Sequence record: OR805294.1 | Strand: one strand, 5' to 3' | Length of the DNA: 64,000 nucleotides | Shown here: positions 1 to 9,566 of the stretch, one piece after another | Layout: each line of letters begins with the position of its first letter | Numbering within the stretch: the stretch's first letter is position 1 | Translations under genes and position numbers: made by a program | Notes under the pieces: model-generated | The model's database searches: none | Seen by the model: the letters and a program-made list of their open reading frames with translations, nothing else | What the model was told of the DNA's origin: nothing

Positions 1-32
1 TAGATATAACAGAAGTAATTAAATGGAAACAA

Positions 33-332
33 ATGATACTGCATTGCTTAAATAAAGGATTTTGGTGTACTTTAGATTTTGATATATGCAATTCTTCTGC
101 AATTTTAGAAATGGATTTATCTAAGTATGATAAATTTATTCCTATTATAAGTGCAAAAATACCAAATATATCCGAATACAATAAAAACACTATATTAAAG
201 ATAGATGATATAGGTTTTGATGAAACTAACGAAGGAGTATGGTGTCATAAGTTAAACGATTTAAAAGATAATACCGTACATACTAGCTGGGACAAATATA
301 CAGGAGATATTTCAATTGACGAAAAAAATTAA
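33..332 (+). CDS. hypothetical phage protein
   Basis: ORF in an overlapping + strand run; start uncertain. Confidence 0.55.
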   Translation: MILHCLNKGFWCTLDFDICNSSAILEMDLSKYDKFIPIISAKIPNISEYNKNTILKIDDIGFDETNEGVWCHKLNDLKDNTVHTSWDKYTGDISIDEKN

Positions 333-621
333 TTATAGCAAAGTATATGAACCGAAAGGCGCACTATATAGAATTCGTCGCATTTCTGACGGTGCATTTA
401 GCACAGGGTCTTCCAGTCCGGCGTTTGTAACTTCTGGTCCGGGAAAAGTATTCAATACTTTAGGTAAACTTAGATCTCATCTTACTACTATTCGTAATAA
501 CCCGGTTTTACAAGACATATACAACGAATGTGAAATTGTTCAGTATGTAGAAGCTGACCAGCCAACATACACTCTAGCTGAACACACAGAATTACTTATA
601 CTTAAAAAGTTAACACAATAA
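316..621 (+). CDS. hypothetical phage protein
   Basis: TTG-start ORF overlapping the previous stop; normal protein composition. Confidence 0.6.
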   Translation: MTKKINYSKVYEPKGALYRIRRISDGAFSTGSSSPAFVTSGPGKVFNTLGKLRSHLTTIRNNPVLQDIYNECEIVQYVEADQPTYTLAEHTELLILKKLTQ

Positions 622-725
622 CGCGCTTTACTGCGCGTTAATTTGCGCGTATGCTGCAAAAACATGTAACACTAGAGCTTATATATGCTTATGCTTAAAA
701 AGCTGTATAACGCAATTTATGCGTT
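590..725. other. GA/TC-depleted island
   Basis: only one GA (675-676) and no TC in 136 nt; rich in GCGC/TGCA. Confidence 0.6.
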
Positions 726-1161
726 CCTTAACGAACTTGCTTATATAAAATATATAAGATTCTATGTCTTCTTTAAATGTGTTCATAAGCATCATGTATC
801 GGAAATACTTCTGTTAAGTAATCTAGCAGGTACGACTATAGGAGCATATAGATTTGAACGTCTCGGAAGCATGGATTATTGCACTATATCGATTGACATG
901 CCACTCGACGAGGATTATTTTATTGCCTGTAATACAAAAGGAATTATTTCTGTAGCAAAATGTAATCTCATATCAATGAATTTTTATGATTTTGGTACAC
1001 AATTATCAAACTATTACTTTTTTAAATACGACAATACATCGAATGGTTCGTTTTTTGTGTATCCATCCAAAAATTATTTAGTACATCCAGAAGTAATATC
1101 TTATATAAAGAAATATAATAATGAGAGTTTATATAAAAGAACAACGTATTTGCCGGGGTAA
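685..1161 (+). CDS. hypothetical protein (true start probably downstream)
   Basis: 158-aa ORF whose N-terminus lies in the GA/TC-poor island. Confidence 0.5.
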   Translation: MLMLKKLYNAIYAFLNELAYIKYIRFYVFFKCVHKHHVSEILLLSNLAGTTIGAYRFERLGSMDYCTISIDMPLDEDYFIACNTKGIISVAKCNLISMNFYDFGTQLSNYYFFKYDNTSNGSFFVYPSKNYLVHPEVISYIKKYNNESLYKRTTYLPG

Positions 1162-1360
1162 TGCCGAAATATACGATATAGTTATCAGACAGGAAGGTTA
1201 TTTAGAATTTCTAGAAGAAACAGAAACAGAATACACAGGATTTCTAAATGTTGTTAAAATATACAAATGCACCGATGGGTATCAAAAACGAATTCATACA
1301 ACAAAACAGAAGTTTTCTTTTCCGAAAGATTCTGACGAAATACTTATAATAGAATTATAG
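1121..1360 (+). CDS. hypothetical protein
   Basis: ORF coupled to its neighbours. Confidence 0.55.
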   Translation: MRVYIKEQRICRGNAEIYDIVIRQEGYLEFLEETETEYTGFLNVVKIYKCTDGYQKRIHTTKQKFSFPKDSDEILIIEL

Positions 1361-1370
1361 GAATTTCTGC

Positions 1371-1937
1371 ATGACTACAACTGAGGCAACTCTACTTAGT
1401 CTCGCTATCGCTGCAAGTTGTATGGTAGCAGACAAAATGTATTCTAAAGAATTTGAATACATTACTAACCTTAAAATAAAAGAAGAAAAACTAAAAGAAG
1501 AATTTGCTATAAATGATGAAGATAAAATAAAATCATACATAGCATTGTGTAAAAGAAGAAAGAATTGCAGGGCAGTAGCAGAAGCAATATATTATGAAGC
1601 GCGTAGTGAATCTAGGATAGGAATGCAAGGTGTAGCATTTACGATATTAAATAGAGCCATGAATCCTACTAGATGGCCCAACACCCCGTACAGTGTGGTT
1701 TACTATAAATGCCAATTTAGTTATACTTGCGACGGCAGTAGAAAACAAGGTTTTAAAGAAAAAGATAAATGGGATTTAGCTAATATAGTAGCATATAGGG
1801 CTATAAATAGACTATCTAGCGATCCCACCAACGGCGCTGATCATTATTATGCACCGCACAGAGTAAGCAAACCGTATTGGGCAAAGAAAATGAGAAAAAC
1901 TGCCAAATTAGGTAATCATGTGTTTTATAAATCGTAA
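1371..1937 (+). CDS. SleB-like cell wall hydrolase (Hydrolase_2)
   Basis: motifs AEAIYYEARSE, VAFTILNR, VVYYKCQFS, DPTNGADHYY, KLGNHVFY; hydrophobic N-terminus. Confidence 0.9.
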   Translation: MTTTEATLLSLAIAASCMVADKMYSKEFEYITNLKIKEEKLKEEFAINDEDKIKSYIALCKRRKNCRAVAEAIYYEARSESRIGMQGVAFTILNRAMNPTRWPNTPYSVVYYKCQFSYTCDGSRKQGFKEKDKWDLANIVAYRAINRLSSDPTNGADHYYAPHRVSKPYWAKKMRKTAKLGNHVFYKS

Positions 1938-1952
1938 TGAGGGGATTATACT

Positions 1953-2183
1953 ATGGTATGCAAAACAATAACAAAAGAAATGTTTGAAATGCAATATAAT
2001 ATAAGAAACTATTCTACCGTTGCTCATATATATATTAGCACAAGAGCAAATATAATAGAAATATATTATAAAACCCCGTTTAACCAGGGCATAGTATTGC
2101 AAAATTATTACGTTAACGAAGAATGCGACCAATATATACAGTCTTGTAGATTATATAGGGAATATGAAAAAAATAGAATATAA
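1953..2183 (+). CDS. hypothetical protein
   Basis: GAGG RBS upstream; coupled ORF. Confidence 0.55.
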   Translation: MVCKTITKEMFEMQYNIRNYSTVAHIYISTRANIIEIYYKTPFNQGIVLQNYYVNEECDQYIQSCRLYREYEKNRI

Positions 2184-2463
2184 AATAAATCTTTTAATCG
2201 AAGAAATAAAAGAGTTTAAAAGAACAAAAAAAGAACTCAATGAAGACCTAATGCAACATTATACAAAGTTCTATTCAGAACAAGTTAAAGATGTTTATTT
2301 TAGATCTTTAAATTTTAGACGAAATTCTGTAAAACAACTTATTAAACAATTGCATACAGTATGTAAACAAGCTAAAATAAAATTACTTTATATTAAAGCT
2401 AAGTCTTCAACTAAACAGCAGAGGCAAAAATGTAATAAAGTAAACGTAACTAGACGAACATAA
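2164..2463 (+). CDS. Lys-rich hypothetical protein
   Basis: coupled ORF. Confidence 0.5.
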   Translation: MKKIEYKINLLIEEIKEFKRTKKELNEDLMQHYTKFYSEQVKDVYFRSLNFRRNSVKQLIKQLHTVCKQAKIKLLYIKAKSSTKQQRQKCNKVNVTRRT

Positions 2464-2537
2464 TATTTTGCGCTATACTGTATATCAAGCTAAGAAGCTT
2501 AACAAACAACATTAATACAACCGAGAGGTAATTTGCA

Positions 2538-2897
2538 ATGGCAAAAAGCTACGAAGAAGCATGGGCACTGGCAGAATTTCCCGAGCACTCGAAGGTCGTC
2601 GATGGTCAAGTCGGCGGCGTGACCGAATACGTTCTCCAGGAAATCGACTCCTACTGCATCGTCGACAAGGACGGCAACAAGGTGTGGCTGAACATTCAGG
2701 GCAACATGCACCGCTTGCTCGGTCCGGCCACCCACATCAACGGGAAAAAGAAAAACGCCTGGGCAGTGGACGGTGACATCATCCGCACCTGGGATGAATA
2801 CGAAAAAGCCGTCGGCGACCGGGTGCCGAAAGAGCACATTATGATGCTCAAGCTTCAACACGGCGACGATCAGTTCGAGTTCGACACCGACGACTAA
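2538..2897 (+). CDS. GC-rich, host-codon-adapted hypothetical (likely early) protein
   Basis: abrupt GC rise confined to the ORF, C/G third positions, GAGGT RBS. Confidence 0.9.
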   Translation: MAKSYEEAWALAEFPEHSKVVDGQVGGVTEYVLQEIDSYCIVDKDGNKVWLNIQGNMHRLLGPATHINGKKKNAWAVDGDIIRTWDEYEKAVGDRVPKEHIMMLKLQHGDDQFEFDTDD

Positions 2898-2919
2898 ACC
2901 GGCGGCGAGTGCGCTCGGT

Positions 2920-2960
2920 TTATATAAAATAAGGGACTTTATGTCCCTTATTTTATATAA
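2920..2960. terminator. perfect 18-bp inverted repeat (terminator or processing hairpin)
   Basis: TTATATAAAATAAGGGAC-tttat-GTCCCTTATTTTATATAA. Confidence 0.75.
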
Positions 2961-3083
2961 GAAATAAACAATAAATGACATTTTTAGTTGAATGTTGCTT
3001 GCAATCATGTATTTTTGAATATAATAATTAATGTAAAATATTAGTCGTTTCTGTAATTATATTTTCATAATAGGATATATAGT

Positions 3084-3692
3084 GTGTTCAAAAATGAATG
3101 TTTATTAGTAGGTGTGACTGAAGTTATTGCGAATATATTTTTATTTTCTAAATGTGTTTCTGAATGCAAACCAGCTGGCACATATGTAAGTAATCAATCT
3201 ATAATCTTACGATGGTACTCAACTGGTATAGTAAGTGAAGTTATATATAATATCAAAATAGTGCCTTCTGTAAATAATAAATTATTTTTAAATACGATAA
3301 CATGGTCTGATGGTCATTATGCCTACCAAGACATTAAAAAACCGACCAAAGTATCAGATGTATTACATACTAATAAATATGAAACTTCGTTTGCTATCCA
3401 TTTTAAAAACATATCGTTTGATATGTTTATTCCTTTTATAGTAAAGGAAGTAAGAGAATGTCAATTTACAATACACGATCTACGGTACATAACAACGATT
3501 CCCATAGGATCGCGAAATACCAATTATAAAATAATATCGTATGTAAATGATACAGATTTATGTAATGTACATTTTAGTGCCAGGAATTACCTGTACTTTT
3601 CATTGACCACATATAATTATAATACTATATATAAACACACATTCAAAATATCAGAACAGTTTAGTATATGGGATATTGATGAAATATGTTAA
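3084..3692 (+). CDS. hypothetical protein
   Basis: 202-aa ORF, GTG start after AGGA. Confidence 0.65.
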   Translation: MFKNECLLVGVTEVIANIFLFSKCVSECKPAGTYVSNQSIILRWYSTGIVSEVIYNIKIVPSVNNKLFLNTITWSDGHYAYQDIKKPTKVSDVLHTNKYETSFAIHFKNISFDMFIPFIVKEVRECQFTIHDLRYITTIPIGSRNTNYKIISYVNDTDLCNVHFSARNYLYFSLTTYNYNTIYKHTFKISEQFSIWDIDEIC

Positions 3693-4294
3693 ATTTAAAA
3701 GAAATAAGAAAGTCTGAATACGGGAATATATTTGGAGTTAGCTATCTTATATATAACTGCAGACTTTCTAGTTTCGATGTAGTTCGAAATTCATGCATAA
3801 TATGTTTTGAGAGCAATTTTTATAATTGTATAATTCATTCGTGCGAATTGGATTTATTTTATTATAAATATGGATCTTTAAATGACGATCCAGAAAATAA
3901 TATCTATCCTACTGAAATTAAATTATTAAATTCAAACAAATTAAAGAAGAATAGAATTTTTTATTCTTATATATCTATAATATCCAAAGCAAATGAGTTA
4001 TACAAATATATTCCCTATATACTATCTAGGATTGCATCCAATTCTATCGTACTTCATAATTACAAAAACTTGAATATAGGTGATTACGGCGGTTTTATAC
4101 GTGTGTGGACATACTGGACTAATTCACACATACTCGGAGGACCTAATGTAAGTGTAAATAATTCGGCTATAACTGTTATATTTCCTAAGATCAATAAAAC
4201 AGAATACAGCATGCCTGTAATAGAATCCTATAATTTGGTATTAGAAATAGATAAAAACTCTAATATAATTTTTCCGGTATTAATAAATGAATGA
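3686..4294 (+). CDS. hypothetical protein
   Basis: 202-aa coupled ORF. Confidence 0.65.
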   Translation: MLNLKEIRKSEYGNIFGVSYLIYNCRLSSFDVVRNSCIICFESNFYNCIIHSCELDLFYYKYGSLNDDPENNIYPTEIKLLNSNKLKKNRIFYSYISIISKANELYKYIPYILSRIASNSIVLHNYKNLNIGDYGGFIRVWTYWTNSHILGGPNVSVNNSAITVIFPKINKTEYSMPVIESYNLVLEIDKNSNIIFPVLINE

Positions 4295-4766
4295 AACCAT
4301 ACAATCTCTCCGAAGAGAAATAGAATTATTAAAAGATCAAGGTCTAAAATTAAGACATATAAAAAATCCTTGTAAAAAATGTATGGGCTACGGAATTATT
4401 TGTTATGGATCTACTGCTATGTGGAACAGAGGTGCAGTCGGAGGGAATGCAATAACACCCGGCCGGTGCGATGCTTGCTGGGGTTCTGGTGATGAAGATA
4501 ACCCGTGGGAAAATTTATTAGAATTAACAATTCAAAAAAGAACAATAGATACAATCTACAACTCTCTTAAATTGGATGGTTGGATAGAAGTAACGTCCGA
4601 TACTGTATTTTTTAAAGGAAGTAACAGAGTTGTTACTAAATCTGGAAATATTTTATATGGATATAGAAGTTATTATAATGACAAACAATTAATCTGCTAC
4701 ATCGAAGAACCTAATACTTCAATTAATTTAAAAATAACTAGTTGTGTTTTTATACAAAAGTGTTAA
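4287..4766 (+). CDS. protein with DnaJ-type CxxCxGxG zinc-finger pair
   Basis: CKKCMGYG and CDACWGSG. Confidence 0.7.
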   Translation: MNETIQSLRREIELLKDQGLKLRHIKNPCKKCMGYGIICYGSTAMWNRGAVGGNAITPGRCDACWGSGDEDNPWENLLELTIQKRTIDTIYNSLKLDGWIEVTSDTVFFKGSNRVVTKSGNILYGYRSYYNDKQLICYIEEPNTSINLKITSCVFIQKC

Positions 4767-4788
4767 AATGTAATATATTTAAAAACTT

Positions 4789-5178
4789 TTGAGATTACCA
4801 ATGTATAATTTCGAAAAGTTTATAACCGAGTATCTGTATAATAAAAAAGAGACAGAGCATTACGGGTATTTTTCTATATATAATTCTATTATTTTAAAGT
4901 GTATTTCTGGATGTTCAGATGAGCACTACGAATTTATTTCTAATTCTTTTATATCATATAAATGTAAAAAGAAATTAATAATAGAATTTTCTGTTAAATC
5001 GAAAGATAACATATACCATTCCATTAAACTTGCAGCAAAATATCACTCTAAAACAAAAGAAAAGTTAGACACTATTACTAATGTGGATAATTTATTTTTG
5101 TTTGAAACAAAAATAGGAATTATAGGTAATAATTTGTCTGTATATGTAGATTTAGGCGAAGTAGAATATATTGTATGA
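4789..5178 (+). CDS. hypothetical protein
   Basis: ORF in operon; start probably ATG 4801. Confidence 0.6.
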   Translation: MRLPMYNFEKFITEYLYNKKETEHYGYFSIYNSIILKCISGCSDEHYEFISNSFISYKCKKKLIIEFSVKSKDNIYHSIKLAAKYHSKTKEKLDTITNVDNLFLFETKIGIIGNNLSVYVDLGEVEYIV

Positions 5179-5801
5179 TATACAGTTCGCATGCAAACAT
5201 ATTTAGGTCTGTTGCAAATTCTCTTATTTTAGAAATTTATAAAATAAACATCTCTTTAGAAAAAATGATAGACGATGGACACGGCGACATATTAGATAGA
5301 CAAGTAGTTTGCAGGAAAGGAACTTGGTTTTCTAAAAATTATTATATAATTTCTTCTTCTGCAAAAGAATTAGTTTCTCTTTCACCTGCATTTGTAGAAA
5401 TATCAAACATTACTGTATCTGCATATACTTCTGGCGCATTAAAAAATAACCCTTTATCTAAAATGAAGGGATTCGACAAATATATGCATAATGTAGGTGA
5501 TGCGCTAACTGCAATTAATTCGTCTAAGCTTGCAAACAAACTATTTAAATCTATAGAAGAACAAAATATAATTGTTGCTAAAGGCAGGGAAGAATATGCT
5601 TTATCGCAAAGTTTAATAAAAGAAAATTGTCATACAAACAAAGGAATACAATATAAACAATTAGAAGAAATAATTAATACCTATATACGTCAATTGCCAG
5701 AACACTTACAACACGAAGCAAGAAACAGAATAAGAAAATCCGATAAGAAACTTAAATCTTTAATTAGTTACGCACAAGAACATAACATAACTTTTATATA
5801 G
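5175..5801 (+). CDS. hypothetical protein
   Basis: 208-aa ORF, ATGA coupling. Confidence 0.7.
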   Translation: MIYSSHANIFRSVANSLILEIYKINISLEKMIDDGHGDILDRQVVCRKGTWFSKNYYIISSSAKELVSLSPAFVEISNITVSAYTSGALKNNPLSKMKGFDKYMHNVGDALTAINSSKLANKLFKSIEEQNIIVAKGREEYALSQSLIKENCHTNKGIQYKQLEEIINTYIRQLPEHLQHEARNRIRKSDKKLKSLISYAQEHNITFI

Positions 5802-5811
5802 TGGAAATATA

Positions 5812-6141
5812 ATGAAAAATATAATTAAACATATTTTAGATTTTTATAACGGATTTTCCTATATAGTTCTATCAAACGTTATATTTCTTTTCAGTTGTAT
5901 AGTAACTACAGTATTTCTGTGTTATGTGTCTAAATTAAATAATGTACAAAATTTGGTATCCGACTCGGTTTATACAACTATAGTAGTTTTGTATTGTATT
6001 ATAGGTCTTCTATGTGGATTAAAAAGTTGTAAAATAATAGAATTGATAAAACCAGAGAAAAATATTGCAACTACTGTAGGTGTTATAACCGGCATCGCCG
6101 TAGTGTTAGTTGCTATGTTGGGATGGATATATGCGGCGTAA
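5812..6141 (+). CDS. membrane protein (about 3 TM segments)
   Basis: three hydrophobic stretches. Confidence 0.65.
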   Translation: MKNIIKHILDFYNGFSYIVLSNVIFLFSCIVTTVFLCYVSKLNNVQNLVSDSVYTTIVVLYCIIGLLCGLKSCKIIELIKPEKNIATTVGVITGIAVVLVAMLGWIYAA

Positions 6142-7558
6142 TAGAAATCTTTCATCTTCTCATAGATTGATATCAAAAGTAGCCGTTAAGATTAAAATTC
6201 CCCATATGATGAGCGGGAAATTAAATGGAGCATTTGATCACTATTTTAGTAAGAATATAATAGCAGAGGATGCTGCTATCTGTAGATGGGCAGGAGATAG
6301 CAAATATGCAGGAAGATCGTCGATATATTCTGACGATATACCCCGTCAATTAATACGCAACACTGCAGGAAATGTCTCAGGTTGCACATCTTACACTAAC
6401 AAAGTTATTATGAATTATAAAGAGGATGCCGGAATGACTCAAGTTAACAGAACCTACACACGTAATAGTAACGATATTGAGTTTTCTCTGGAAGAAGAAT
6501 TCTCTAATGTCTTTAATGAATCGCCTATAAGAAAAACGTGGGTAGCATTTATAGATTGTAACACAAAGGCAGTAGAAGAAGCATTTAAAACTTGCCTAAG
6601 TAAAGAATCGTTTGATATAATCTCCAAAAAATATACAAATATAACATCTTATTCGTCATCTGATGCAGAGCGAGATGCAGACGTTGCATCTGAGGAAATT
6701 TGGGTAATAGGAAACGAAAAAGCAGCTATTTCTAGAATTACAGATATTTACGATAGTGTACGGTTTATGGTAATTTCTGCAAATGATAGTTGTAATGTAG
6801 CTAGGTTTGTAGAAGAATTTGGAAAAGTATATGCAAATGCATATCCTAAAGTAAAAGAAGAAAAACCGGAAATTAATATTATTGTGGCTGATTCCCACGG
6901 TTATGATTTAGAGTCGTTTGACATGACTCCTCTGCAAAACATAGATGCCTTTATTGAAGAAAATTATAACGATGATTTTAAAGACACATCTGAATATATA
7001 GTAGAAAAAATTATTAGTTCTAGTAAAGGTATAACACTCCTTCATGGCGAACGAGGAACTGGTAAAACTAATTTCATCCGATACATTGCAAATAAAGCTA
7101 AAAAGAAGAAACTCATATATGTTCCTTCCGATATGGCTCCGGAGTTAGCCAGACCTCAGTTTGTCTCGTTTGTTATGAACCACAAAGATAGTGTGTTTAT
7201 AGTAGAAGACGCAGAAAATATTCTCCGTCCTCGGGAAGGCGGCGGCAGTTCGGCAGTGTCTAACCTTCTTAACATGAGTGACGGTATCCTAGGTGATGCT
7301 GTTCGGTGTCAGTTTATTTGTACGTTTAACTGTAAAATTTCAGAAATTGACAGTGCATTGACTCGTAAAGGTCGGTTAAATGCAGAGTATGAATTTAACA
7401 AATTAACAAAAGAAAAATCCCAAAATCTTTTAGACAAAAAATACGGAACAGGAACATATGTAGCAAAAGGCGAAATGACGCTAGCAGACATTTACAATAT
7501 GGATAATCCTGACTTTAAAGTCCAACTTAAGAAACAAAAAATTGGTTTCGGGAACTAA
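6110..7558 (+). CDS. BCS1-like AAA+ ATPase (start probably near 6206)
   Basis: Walker A LLHGERGTGKT, Walker B FIVEDAE, VSNLLNMSDG, TFN, IDSALTRKGR arginine finger. Confidence 0.9.
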   Translation: MLCWDGYMRRNRNLSSSHRLISKVAVKIKIPHMMSGKLNGAFDHYFSKNIIAEDAAICRWAGDSKYAGRSSIYSDDIPRQLIRNTAGNVSGCTSYTNKVIMNYKEDAGMTQVNRTYTRNSNDIEFSLEEEFSNVFNESPIRKTWVAFIDCNTKAVEEAFKTCLSKESFDIISKKYTNITSYSSSDAERDADVASEEIWVIGNEKAAISRITDIYDSVRFMVISANDSCNVARFVEEFGKVYANAYPKVKEEKPEINIIVADSHGYDLESFDMTPLQNIDAFIEENYNDDFKDTSEYIVEKIISSSKGITLLHGERGTGKTNFIRYIANKAKKKKLIYVPSDMAPELARPQFVSFVMNHKDSVFIVEDAENILRPREGGGSSAVSNLLNMSDGILGDAVRCQFICTFNCKISEIDSALTRKGRLNAEYEFNKLTKEKSQNLLDKKYGTGTYVAKGEMTLADIYNMDNPDFKVQLKKQKIGFGN

Positions 7559-7563
7559 ACAAT

Positions 7564-7827
7564 ATGCGTAGATATTTCATTGTATATTTTTCACTGGTAT
7601 TCATATTAGCTATATCCGGAATTATATATGCGTTGACATATGGATTTATGTTTGCCGGAAAAGAAAACTCTCCAGGGTATTCTAATAGTAGGGATAATCT
7701 TATTAAAAATATGAATGAATTATTGGAACAACAAAAAGCACTAAATTTGGAAATAAAGGAATTAAATAAAGAAATTAATTCTACTAAAACTGAAATATCA
7801 TCTAAATTACAAAATGTAGACACCTAA
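7564..7827 (+). CDS. N-terminal TM anchor plus coiled-coil protein
   Basis: hydrophobic residues 4-30, heptad pattern after. Confidence 0.65.
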   Translation: MRRYFIVYFSLVFILAISGIIYALTYGFMFAGKENSPGYSNSRDNLIKNMNELLEQQKALNLEIKELNKEINSTKTEISSKLQNVDT

Positions 7828-7842
7828 TAGTAGTTTCTATAT

Positions 7843-7875
7843 AATAAAACAGGAGCATTAGGCTCCTGTTTTATT
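7843..7875. terminator. bidirectional terminator at convergent genes
   Basis: AATAAAACAGGAGC-attag-GCTCCTGTTTTATT, overlapping the stop of the minus-strand gene. Confidence 0.75.
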
Positions 7876-8610
7876 TTTTGAAATTTTAGTCATTATAGTA
7901 TTATATAAATCATATGCACGTTTGATTATGCGTTTGTATGCTCTGGGGTTTTCGTTTTTAAGAAACATAATATAATTTATGTGTGCATTTTCTATAAATG
8001 CATTTATAAATTCTTCTTTTGTTAAGACAGTTCCTTTTTTGTATAAAAAACTAAATTGATCTACAGTTTGTTCTAAAGCTTGACTTATTCTTGCATTTAT
8101 TTCGTATGATTGTCTATAATATGTATCTGAAGATGCCGGATCGTATCTTTTTATTTTTTCATTCTTAAACGGTTGTCCTTTATTTTTATCTAGTGCATGC
8201 CTTAACTCATGTACTATAGTTGAAACTACACTCTTGTTATTACTAAAAGAATTACCATAATAATGAGTATAAACATATATAGTATTAGATACTAAGTTGT
8301 ATTCTCCTTTCTTTGCACCGTGTTGTCCGGAAATGTCAAACACTACCTGTATATCTTTAAATTCATTGTATAGATCATCGAATATATCATCAGGAATTAT
8401 ATTTTTTAAAACAACAGTATAGGTACTTAACATTAATTGTACAGTCGGCCAATCGTAGTTTTTCAACAACAATTGATCTTCTATTTCTTCTCTGTGTTGC
8501 TTTAAATTGTTGAAATATGATATAGCGTTTGCTACACACATTTTTGCAATATTTTGAATAATCAGTTCTTCGTCTGAAGTTTCGATTAAATTAATTTCGT
8601 TTAGTCGCAC
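7858..8610 (-). CDS. HExxH zinc-metalloprotease-like protein, putative capsid-internal
   Basis: STIVHELRHALD ... YEINAR; N-terminus MRLNEINLIE. Confidence 0.75.
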   Translation of the reverse strand: MRLNEINLIETSDEELIIQNIAKMCVANAISYFNNLKQHREEIEDQLLLKNYDWPTVQLMLSTYTVVLKNIIPDDIFDDLYNEFKDIQVVFDISGQHGAKKGEYNLVSNTIYVYTHYYGNSFSNNKSVVSTIVHELRHALDKNKGQPFKNEKIKRYDPASSDTYYRQSYEINARISQALEQTVDQFSFLYKKGTVLTKEEFINAFIENAHINYIMFLKNENPRAYKRIIKRAYDLYNTIMTKISKNKTGA

Positions 8611-9280
8611 GATTTTCTGCCCTTATCTTTAATGTAACATACAATTCGTAACATCTAGATACTATTCGTTTCCATACTTTTGGATTTTCTTTCTTTAAGT
8701 ATGTAAGCTGATGACCTTTTGCGAATTTTTCTATATTATCTAGAAACCATTCTTTGGATGGTATTTCTTTTGAAGATCCCCAATACTGCAAAAATATAAC
8801 CTTAAGATCATTTAATAATTCGGCTATTCTTGCATTTATTTCGTATTTTTGATTTAAATATTCTTTATGTTTATCTGAATTGTTTGTATGTTTATATAAT
8901 AATGGATTACCCTTAGAACTATCTAATGCATGTTGTAATTCATGAACTAAGGTATTTGTGTATGTTATATCATTTTTATATGAATCTGGACCTATATCAA
9001 AAAGTGCTATGAGATTTTTGCCATCAGTTCTTTGAATAAAAGCACCGTTGTATTGTTCTGGATGCTCATTCGCATACGGACGTATTATTAAATCGGAAAT
9101 ATTATTTAAAACAGGATACTTATCGAAATATTCTTGTTTTATTAAATCTTTTAGTTTGTATGAATTGTATATTTTATTTTCTGCATTCTTTTCTATAACA
9201 AACCATATTATTTTTGCAATAGTAGATAATATTATACTTTCGCTTGCCTTTTCTGTTAGATTAAATTCTAAAATTTTCAT
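8591..9280 (-). CDS. HExxH zinc-metalloprotease-like protein, paralog of 7858..8610
   Basis: NTLVHELQHALD ... YEINAR ... KENPKVWKRI; N-terminus MKILEFNLTE. Confidence 0.75.
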   Translation of the reverse strand: MKILEFNLTEKASESIILSTIAKIIWFVIEKNAENKIYNSYKLKDLIKQEYFDKYPVLNNISDLIIRPYANEHPEQYNGAFIQRTDGKNLIALFDIGPDSYKNDITYTNTLVHELQHALDSSKGNPLLYKHTNNSDKHKEYLNQKYEINARIAELLNDLKVIFLQYWGSSKEIPSKEWFLDNIEKFAKGHQLTYLKKENPKVWKRIVSRCYELYVTLKIRAENRATKRN

Positions 9281-9286
9281 TATATC

Positions 9287-9481
9287 CTATCCGTTATGTT
9301 TCCAATACTGGATAGATTTTTCTTGTTTAGAAACCCAGTCTTTAGAAGGTTTTCCTTTACCCTCATAATATCTAAGGGGCTTCCCTGTCTTTTTAGAAAC
9401 AAGTGCCCATTTTCCATTTATATGTTTTAATTCTTCGTCTAATTCTGACGATTCTAGTATGCATATTTCGGAAAGTTTCAT
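9287..9481 (-). CDS. small basic putative capsid-internal protein
   Basis: N-terminus MKLSEICILE; AGGA RBS. Confidence 0.7.
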   Translation of the reverse strand: MKLSEICILESSELDEELKHINGKWALVSKKTGKPLRYYEGKGKPSKDWVSKQEKSIQYWKHNG

Positions 9482-9512
9482 AATCTTTAATCCTGTATTA
9501 TATGTATATGCT

Positions 9513-9538
9513 TATTTATCGCATTATATAACTAAATA
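9513..9538. promoter_or_regulatory. divergent T4-late-like promoter pair
   Basis: ATAAATA on minus (9513-9519) and CTAAATA on plus (9532-9538) between divergent genes; T4 late consensus is TATAAATA. Confidence 0.45.
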
Positions 9539-9566
9539 GTGTTATCTTGTAAAGGAGGAGTTTTCC

